Below, one piece after another: positions 27,041 to 36,790 of a stretch of 64,000 nucleotides of DNA. Both the position numbers and the translations under genes were made by a program. How positions within the stretch are numbered: position 1 is the first letter of the stretch; every line of letters begins with the position of its first letter. Origin of the DNA: Lepidodermella squamata (lineage: Eukaryota; Animalia; Gastrotricha); assembly GCA_047495785.1 (NCBI GenBank), contig JBLDXI010000017.1:2666001-2730000 (forward strand). The letters run 5' to 3'. The notes under the pieces were generated by a model, which made no database searches, was not told where the DNA came from, and was given only the letters and a program-made list of their open reading frames with translations.

Positions 27041-29870
27041 TTATTTTGCTTGCTGTTTGTTTTGTTGCACACAGCGATTTTATTGTCGCGTATGATGTAA
27101 TAAAAATGTGTGTTTCCGTTTGCAAACGCATAGGTAAATAGAAATAATGACTACCTGCCTACTTATAATAAACGCGTAAAACAAAATGAGAAAATGTAAA
27201 ATGAGTAAAACCAAATAATGTAATTATGCCTAAATGCTTCGATCAGTCACAAAAATATTAGCAGATACCGTCTATGCATATGCGCACTACCAACACCGTT
27301 GCACAGTTACATATATAATACAGGCTGAGCAAAAAAGAGGCGCTATTTCTGCGCCAATGATGCTGCCTTGCCCATGCTTGCAAATGATGATCGCTTGAAA
27401 GAATAAACAAACTGTGAATTAAGATAATATTACTATTATTACTGTTTCCGCGGCCTCGGTAGATGTAGGACCGCTTGTTGTCACTACAACACCTGCGCAG
27501 TCATAGGGCGTTCACAGCCTGAATCAACGCGGTTTAGGTCGACTCAGTCGGTCTCGGTCACGGCAGCAGCAGCAGCAGGCGGCACATACAGCGCAATACC
27601 TAACGAAATGACCGTCACGTGGGTGACCGGCGGCGGAACGGCGGCACTTGGCACTGGGCCACAATGGGAAACCCTGCATGGTTATAAGCCCAAAAGACGG
27701 CTGAAAAAGCTGCGCATTTCAAATAGATGACACGAAATCAGCCAAAAATAAGGCACTTACATTTTGGTTTACCATCATCTCAATACACTATTGGTTTTGC
27801 GTCGAATTCCATAATTACTAAGCGCACACAAGCGAGTCGAGTGAGTCTCGATGAATTGCTGTTTTCATTTTCACAAAAAGCAGTGAAAAGATGCGAGAAA
27901 TGTGGCTCGATGCAGACGACTGCGTCGACGTGTCGCTGTGTGTGCAGTTGAGTTCCGCGCGTTTTTCAAATTTGTTGTTTCTTCGTTATTATGCTGCTGT
28001 TTCATTTTGCTTTTAGCGAAAAGTGGTACAATTCGGGAAGGTTACAATGCGCCAATCGCTCATCACTTTTTAATTCAGCCCCACTTTTACTACAACCCCA
28101 ATATTTTTCAGGCTTGGATCAAACTCTGGTCACATTCATTATCGGTTTTCATTGTATTAGGTTAATTATTCAAGTTATCGCTGCTGCGCTTACACAGTGC
28201 AGTGACGAGATGTTGTTTGCGTGCATTTCTTCTAGTTTGATACCCTGGGTTCCTTTTTCATCCGCATTTTATCTCTCGTTCCATCAAATAACCAATAACA
28301 GATACTTTTCTGTTTCCCCTACATGTGATAGTGTAGTTTCAGCATCGATTGTGCTTTAGGCTCTCATTTGAACTTAAACCAAAAACAGTTTTATGCCAAT
28401 GATGTGTCTGATACGTCGATGAGAGTTCCGTCTAGTGTTCAGTAGCGTTCAAAATTTTCCGCATACCAAACAGAATCGAACCTATCAATTCATTTTTATT
28501 TAACAAAAATTCATTTGGCGGGAAAAACTAGAAGATCAAATATTAGAGGAACGCGCGGATATAATATCCCTACAAAAATATAGCTATTATTAATGATAAG
28601 AAAATCTCGAGGGCGGGAAACAAGAATAGCATCAGAATTCTCAAAATTGAACGCTTTCATTTGCAGTTTACATATAAATCTTGTAATCTAAAAAGTAGAT
28701 GAAACGGTATCCAACACGGGTAAAGCTAGAAATTACAGATAGGCTTAAAGCGAGTATAGGTACAAACAAGTGAATATCGCGTTTTTTCAACAAATCTTCC
28801 ATCTCTCGCAGTCATACTTTGATGATGACCCACTTTACCAGACGCGGAAAGCTTGGGAAATCATAGGACCCGAAAAACAAGTGAGCTTGTCATGATTTCT
28901 TTCGATGTAGAAGTGTAATTCAAGTGCTTCGACAAACGTAGACCTCAGCCGATCTCAGCCTGCAATACAAAATAATAATATTTTAAAACTTGAAAAGCCT
29001 CCCCAGCAAATTGCACACATATTTGGTGAGATCATTTCTTGATTTAATTTGCAGCGCGCATTCAAGTCCGGTCTTTGAGACAGAAAAAAGGAAACATTTT
29101 CAGCGGCTAGTTTCAAGCCACCTTCAGTGTTAGCGCTCTCAACTAATTTGAATCCGTATCAATGTCTCGGTAATTCGAAAATGAAAATACAGTACTGCCC
29201 CAACTAATCGGAGTGTGGCTATTCGTACGAAGTATATGTGCGCAAAAATTGCTGTTTGTACGTCAGGAGTATAGAATCTGCAGATCCGAGCAGCAGCGTT
29301 GCTGCCGGCAAATGCAAATGCGAGAAATTTCCGGGAAATTTGAAACATTTTTAGTAGACAAACAGGGGAGAAATCGTGAGATATTAGAGCTCGCTTCACT
29401 CGCAAATGACAGATTTCTGGTATAATTTGATAAATTAGATGGTTTTTGAATTCGGCTAATATGTATGGGGCGTCATATAATATACTTAATACGTATTCAG
29501 TTATAGGGCTTGCTGTGTCGAATCGTAAAATTTCATGATGCTATCGTCAGATTTCGAAATTCCGCTTTCATTAACAAAATTAGGAATAGCAATTTTCGCG
29601 AACATCCTTTGTGCGAATAGCTTGGCCCCGAATAACCCAAATATGCCTTGAAATTAAGCCAAATTATATTGTTTTGGTCGCCTTGCTGGTAAAGTTTCGG
29701 GTCCTATAATTAAAAACTCCTAAATTGTCTTGTTTTTAGGCTGATATTTCGGTTATAAATATCAAAACAGAGATTAAAAGCTTTAAATCATAATAAGCAC
29801 AAAACAGAGCATAGAAGAGGAAGCATTCAACCTTGTTTTCTGATCATTTTTCTGATAGGCGAATTATAGA

Positions 29871-31660
29871 ATGAGAAGGACGTGCGAACCGTTCATCGGG
29901 ATATTCGCCCACGCTAGCCCCTTGAATGAAGTTAGAAAAAGCCATTACGGTCACCATCACGCCGCAAATTTTTGTGTGCGAGTCGGCAACGGGGAGGAGG
30001 TCAGAATGGCCGAAATGTACTTGTACACGCCTGACCTGTACAGAGACCTCTCTTACGGCTGCAGAGTTCAGCTTCAAGATGGCCGCGTGACCCAGGATAT
30101 GGCTACTCGGGCTCCATACCTGCCGGCGATGGAACAAACAGAGCGTATCGTTTTTAACGAAAGACACCACATCAAAATCCTGCCTTCAATCGAGTCCAAC
30201 GCTATTGACATCACCAATTTTCCGCCGCTGGGTAGTGGATACTTCGTTGACTACAATCACCGTGCTCTTCAGCCACCCGGTGGCAAACAATTTGTTTTGA
30301 ATGTTGCTGGGCGATTCAAATCGTTCACGGTGTGTGCAGCAGCTGAGAACCATGACGAAGTCGCCGGCAATCGGTTGAACGAAAATGGGCGATTGGTGAT
30401 CGTCGGCTTGGATGGCAAGGAAACTAGTAAGTAGAATCAGAAGATTATTATTTATTAAAAATAAATAGGCACGCACCCTTGTCCCTAGTCTAACATTCAT
30501 TCCGATAAATTTATACCAATATGCCAGATGGATGAATTTAAAATATAAAACTGAAAATTAGTAAATTAGCAATACGCCGATTTCTTATAATTTCTGATCA
30601 TTTGTTCGATCCTTTTTGCAGAGATTAAAGTTTGGAACGAAAAAAATTGTGACTTCTTGCATCGAATCCAACAGCAATTCAAAAACAGCGAAATTTGGAT
30701 ATATTTGTTGCAAGCAAAAATAAATGCGGAGGGCGAAATGACTACCTGCGGCCATACGGTATTTTCTTTGAGCAATGGATTTGTTTCGGCTAAAATTCGA
30801 AAGCTGGAGCAAAATGTTGAGAGCTTGTTTGTCCCTCCGCTACAAGACGCCCGTCCGTTGACGGAGCCCTTTCTGTGGGGAAGTTGTGACATTGCACGTG
30901 GCGGACCCGGCGTTGCCGTCAAGAAAACCTACCAGAATTCCAGCTGTTTGGCACTAGCGGCTAGAACTTCGAACCCGCCGACATCGTTCTTCGCAACCCA
31001 GCAGCAACCAGCGAAAATGCCGAAACTGATGGTCGAATCAGCAGGATTTGCAAGCCAAGCCGCCGCTTCGAATGCGGACCCAGGATGCGCTGAATTCATC
31101 AAACTGCTACAAAACAGCACGAAATTAGTTGGTCTTAAACTGCTACCGAAAGGGCATTTGTTTTTTAACAAGGTGAGAATTTATATGCTGGAAAATAAGG
31201 GAATCAAGATATTGACGTTTCCTTATGCGCGTTAAACGAAACTACGGCAATATTTGCATATTCGTTCTGAGCTCACTTTTTTAAATTTCAGCTATTGGTT
31301 TCGAACGCTTACCGCATTTGGAAGGCTGCCAATCTCGGAGCGACGGAAGACGAGTTCCTTGCGTGCCTCCTGTTGTCGCTGAAGGCAGTCGCGAAGGACA
31401 AGGCGCAAGAGGAGGTAACCTGCTATCGTTTATTCGATGTAATGGAAGCGGCGAAGATTAATACGCGCAAGATCAGCTTGCAGGCGATTGATATTGCACA
31501 AATTCTCCCGGCCAGCACTACGACAATCATCGAAACAGAGTCAGCACTTGCGGTAAGAACCTGGAAAAAACAGAAGATGTGTCTATTAAAAAATTATATT
31601 CATAATGTGTTGCATTAGATCTACAACGAATCGCTCCGCGCCCTCGGCTACTCGAAGTAG
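29871..31660 (+). CDS. RPA70-like tandem OB-fold protein with helical C-terminal domain (469 aa)
   Basis: Four in-phase exons: 29871-30426, 30622-31172, 31292-31552, 31619-31660. IVFNERHHI, VLNVAGRFKSF, GKETKIKVWNE and IYLLQAKIN resemble RPA70 DBD-A/B segments (MTFNNETSV, VDIIGICKSY, GKVVTATLWGE, LAIKGARVS) in order and spacing. Gene model is firm; fold call is by eye. Confidence 0.6.
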
Positions 31661-31846
31661 CGCGAAAGGATGTAGCAGGAATAAGTGCGATGGCGGAAAT
31701 GGCAATTTCCTTTCTTGACATCTCTATGCTTTTTTTTTAAAACTTGATTTCTGTTTGATTCATCCAGTTCAATAATAAGAACAATCTTTTTTATATAAAA
31801 CTATAATTTCTTGTTGTCATTTTGTAGGGTAAATTTTATTTAAAAT

Positions 31847-34144
31847 ATGGCATCGCTCACCTCGTCACAGCTGGCTGAGTTCGAAGAAGACAGCGGGTGG
31901 TCGATGGTAAATGAACCGCATTCATCAGTCGCCGCCGCCACCGCCGCAACATTAACTGCTTCACAACAGGCAGCGTTCGAAGACGAGGCTGGTTGGCCGG
32001 TTATGGAATGCAGCGCGAGCCAGACGAATTCGTCTCCTCCGCTAACTACATCGCAAATCGCGAAGCAGATGGCCGATGACACCGATTGGAAGGTCGAAAT
32101 CGCTCATCCGCCTAACGATTGCCCGATTGATGGCGACGACTGCGACGACGACGAAGATGATAGCGATGATGCGCTGTTGTCAGATATTATCATGGCGAAG
32201 ATAACAGAAGTCGTAGATATACAACACAAATGGATCGTAGTTCACGGCGTTGCGTGCGAGAAGATGTTGGAAAGCTTTAGAGCGGTGATATTGCGCGAAT
32301 CTCCCGGCTCTCTCGTATCGTCCCTTCCGCCAATGCCAAAAACGCCGTTTTATCGTGTGATCATCAGGTTTAATGACGAAAATGCGGCGAAAGATTTTCT
32401 TCAGAGGCGCGAAGTTGTCGTTCCGCCGTATCTCACCACACCTTTGCGTCTGTCTGCATTCGCGAAAGCAGATTCGAAGCAGCAATTTCAACTATGGACA
32501 GAGTCGGACTTGAAACAGTTCCCGGACCCTGAGTTCTTCTCGGCGATCAATGCCATCGTACCGCTTGAATATCCTGAACGTGTCATGTGCGGCGAGAGTC
32601 CTTTAGCTCTGAAAGCTGAATTCGCCGATCAATGCAATCGCAGCATTTTCTTCGAAGAGCTGTCTCTTGCTACACGGCTCGAAGATTTGGATGCTTTTTT
32701 TGTCAGCATTTCTTCGCGTGATGACGTCAAAACAATCAAATTGGCAAAGATGCCCAACGCTTTTGCTCAATTCGCCATCGCCGAGTTCCACACAGCGAAA
32801 TCTGCGCAGTTGTTTCTCTCAGGTCGAGGTCGAACGATCGAAATGTCCTGCGGTGGCGAAATGCGACGTGTTCGAATCGAGATGCTAGGCGAAAAGGTTC
32901 GAGGACAAAAACGCTACAAGATAGAAGCAAAATCCAGCATTGCAGACTATCGCACTGTCTACTGCTGGAGCGTTTCAGCTGCCGTCAATCGAGAAGAATT
33001 CGTGGCAAGATTACACCTTGGGCAAGACCTGGCTGCTGCGACGTATTTCTTCTCGCCACCTGGCTCGCCTTATCAGTACGTAGCCGTTCAGTTACGTTCA
33101 TCCGCTTCAGTCGACCAGTTTATCGCCGAAAAAACGCCTCTATTGGAAGATGGCTGGGCCTTGTACAAAGCCGACGAACCGGCCGGGTGTCGCCACGTTG
33201 TGACATACGTCCGGAAGGAGGACACCGTCATAGTGCGCGAAGAGGTGCTGTTTCCTTCTGCTTTGCCCCATCTTCACCGCGAGGCTATTCACATAAGATC
33301 GGCCGCTCATCTCGCCAGCGCTCCTGATGTTCGCCGTCTTGTCGCCTGTTTCTTGCCACACAACGCACCGAAAGTGAATCAGCTGGCTAAACTTGTAAGT
33401 TGAGACCTAAATATGAGAAATTGTAAATCATAGATTATGTTATAGATTTTCTTCTACTATACCGGCGAGTTCGTAGAAAGCACAAAGAGAATCTTGGCGC
33501 AAACGTATGCCGACGTTTGGACGGGGGCCCTAACCGAACTGGACCGGCTGCGACGAGCTCGAACTGGCGACCGATGGAATGTATATTGTCTTTTTAGCGA
33601 AGATCTCATGTGCCCATCGCAAATCGGCGAAATGTGTCCACCCATTCAGCGTCGATTGCTGGCCTTCATCAGCCCGCTCGACGATTCCGCGCTCGACGTC
33701 TCTGGTCTTATTACTGCCGTAGAGTCCGTTGTCGGTTTGATCGGGTCGCCGGTGGACCAAGAAGCTGCAAAACGTCGCGCCCTTCGCTCTGATCCCGGCA
33801 TCAGCAAGCTACATGAGGAAACTAAGAAGAAATTCGGCCTCATTGAAGCAAACTGTGGAAATAGCGGCATCTATGTCCACAGTGATTTAATGGGGCTGGG
33901 TCATATCTATATTGGCCAGTCGAAGCGGGTTCTGCAGCGGATCCAGAAGCACGAGTCCTATCTGAGGACCGTTGACCTCGGCCAGCCAATCACCCGGCAT
34001 GATGTGACCACCGGCCGCCGCCACCCCGTTCTGCCGATCCACTTCGGTATCGTCGCCATTCCGCCGATCGCCGATCTTAAAAGGGTCGAAGCGATGTTTA
34101 TCGACTTGTTATTTCCGGCACTGCTCAACGTCGACAACAAATGA
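31847..34144 (+). CDS. Triple RRM-like - GIY-YIG endonuclease fusion protein (748 aa)
   Basis: ORFs 31847-33403 and 33494-34144 are joined by a 51-bp phase-0 intron (33395 GTAAGT...TATAG 33445). C-terminal SGIYVH...IYIGQS...RIQKH...EAMFI...LN. RRM-like units: WIVVHGV/VIIRFNDENAA, SIFFEEL/FAIAEFHTAKSA, TVYCWSV/YVAVQL. Confidence 0.8.
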
Positions 34145-34962
34145 TGGCTCTATCGCTAATAAGACGCGGTTTTGTACGCATGAATGATAATAAAAACTTG
34201 GTGTAAAAGTAAAATGCCTGTTAATTCGAGTAAAAAACAAACATTTGTATGCCCAATTCTGCTCGGCAATGTGATGATATATGATATTATTAGATGGACT
34301 CGCAAGTTGAATATTTCAATAAAATCACCCGTGATTTTGCAAAGAAAAGGTTTTTTTAATTATGGATTATCGTTGAAAGATTTAAGCGATTGAAATGTCG
34401 ATGAAATGAAAGAGATCAGCGGCGGCGGCTACTACACGGGTCAAATTGCCTTACACTACAATAAATACCAACATAATTGTCTTAACGAAGGCTTTTTTCA
34501 GGTGACTTGATGATACTTTGAAAAGACATTATCGGAACATCGCAAGAATTCGAAATAAGAGAACTGATCATGGCTGAAGTGATTCGAGTAAATTTAACTA
34601 CAGAAATTATTTTACATTACAAGCACTGTTTTTTACAAGTTAGCCCGCCAGAAGGTATTGTTCAAGTAAATCAACTATACTTTAATGCGGCGGATTTTTT
34701 CTTATGACGGAGTACTCAAGTTGATACAAGGAAGTTTTCATAGCGTCTGCGGCAGCTCATTTTATGAGTGTGCGTGTATAGTAGGTGTAATAAATTCGCT
34801 AAGCCGCCGGTATACCAAATAATAATGATGTCAAGTAATCGCCTTGTGCCTTTTCTGTCTAGGTCATCAAAGTCAGCACTTCGCCTATGTTTGTGCAGAC
34901 AATCTTCTATGATGTTATTCAGGATTACTTATGAACTTCATAAAATATGAAAGAAAATATGA

Positions 34963-35048
34963 TAAAAAATGCGCGTAAATGTAAATTTATCTAATGTTGA
35001 TTGGCTCCTTAGTGACTCGAAATTTCTATAAAAGGATAAGGAAGAGCC
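34963..35048 (+). promoter_or_regulatory. CCAAT/TATA-like module, copy 2 (inverted relative to copy 1)
   Basis: TAAAAAATGCGC...TGATTGGCTCCTTAGTGACTCGAAA (22/25 identical to copy 1)...CTATAAAAGGA...AGGAAGAGC. Confidence 0.55.
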
Positions 35049-35289
35049 GCTATTGGAGGAGAGATGGAAGATATAATGGCGCCACATCTTTGCAAGTCGC
35101 AAAACAACCCGGATTCGACTAATAAAGACCAGCGAAAACGATTAGGACCTCATGTCATCCTCTATTCCTCAAACGGCAACATCTATTCCTTCTCTGTTTA
35201 TTGTTACATAAATATTAACCCACGGACCGGAGATATTCAAAATAGAAGCTTAAAGAATTGGCGAGACGAAGTCATTCAGCGTTGAGAGT

Positions 35290-36790
35290 TGAGAGTAATC
35301 CGTAATCCTTGGCAACGACGCTGAACTGTCGGCAAGCCAAAGAGCTATTCTACCTAAAAATAGCTCGAAAGCTTCGGATGGTGAATGCTTGACGCCGCCG
35401 ATATTCCACTCCACATAAAATGAGGTCGACCTGCATTATTAGGTGTAAAATTCCCTGATTCGGGCGATAATTCTTCTCCAATATACAAGGGTTAATAATT
35501 TATCATTTAGAATGATACATTAAATTGTCCACCCAACCCATCCGATAGTGAAGATCTGATTTTCTCATGCATTTATTATGACTGAAGAGTTTACTCATTT
35601 TTGCAATGGGTTGCATGATTTAATCAACCAGGCTTTGGAACGCGTGGAACATAGTGAAATACTTCGATAGATTTTCGCTCGAGAAGATCATCCTGCGTGC
35701 ATAGTCATCTGCTGCCGCATATAGGACGAGATGGCCATTTGGTTTGACGAAAATGTAGGAAAACGGAATGTTTAATTGAAATGTTTGAAATCAAGTGAAA
35801 ATTACTTCATCCATCATTACAAACACCTTCATCTTTCATTGTGTGCAGTGGGCACTGCCATATTGGATAACGACATCGGAAATCAAGCCAGTCATATATT
35901 GCTTCATTCTTTATTCAATAAAGGCTCCGTGATTACTTCTCTCCTCGTCTCCATGCTATTAGGTGTTCTTCAAGTCTGGTATAATATGAGTATAGCTTAA
36001 GACTTATATGTGAGTATATTCGAAAAGGAAAATTGGTTAGCTTCGACAAGAAATCACAGCTAAGCTTGTTGGCATGATGGCCATCAATCAGCCATCTATG
36101 GATTTTATCACAATCCCTGGTACAAGTACTCGGTTAACTGGCGTTGAGGCTTCGCTGTCATCATTGCCAAGAAATGGCATCGCAGCTTCCACCGATGACA
36201 GCCGCATTGTTCGAGCTACCTCGGCTTCTTGCAGACGTTTTTCTTGCTGCCGCATGTCCTCCTGCAAAAAAGGAAGGTCAAAGACAATTATTGCTCGGCA
36301 GTGCGGAAGGAAATGAAGTTGATGCTAAATTCAAGCGCAAAAAGCTCATTCTAAATTGTTTACTTCATATTGCTCCTGAATTTTCGCTCCCAATGCTGCT
36401 AACCATTCACGATCCAAGATTCGAATAACATCGGAGCCCATTAGCTTCACCAAACGTGATTTGATGATGGACACGGCCGCGCCTCTGATGAAATTAGATT
36501 GGAATATAAATTTTTATAATATTATGACAGCTAAATTTACGCTCCGAACGAAAACTCCTTTTCGTTATAGGTGAACACACCGGCTTCAAAGTAATCGTTA
36601 TTATTGCCGATTGCCGCTATTTGGCGAGTCTTCTTGACTGGTGCTTGCCGCAACTAAGAAAGCTGCAAATTTCACCTTACCAGCATCCGGTTTTACGCTG
36701 CGACTGACTGTCTGCGAGCCTGTTTCTTGAGTAGTGATAGCTGGTTTGATGATACCAGCTGGCTTATTAGGTGTCGCTTTATCCGTCATT
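35290..36790 (-). pseudogene. Decayed multi-exon gene of unknown family inside the insertion
   Basis: Spliceable minus-strand segments give ...YFEAGVFTYNEKEFSFGA|GAAVSIIKSRLVKL...QEQYE|EDMRQQEKRLQEAE...; downstream segments contain in-frame stops. Confidence 0.45.

Noticed and set aside
27480-28960. Minus-strand exon-like remnants within the insertion
   Set aside because: Stops and frameshifts prevent a gene model or family assignment; noted only as probable decay.
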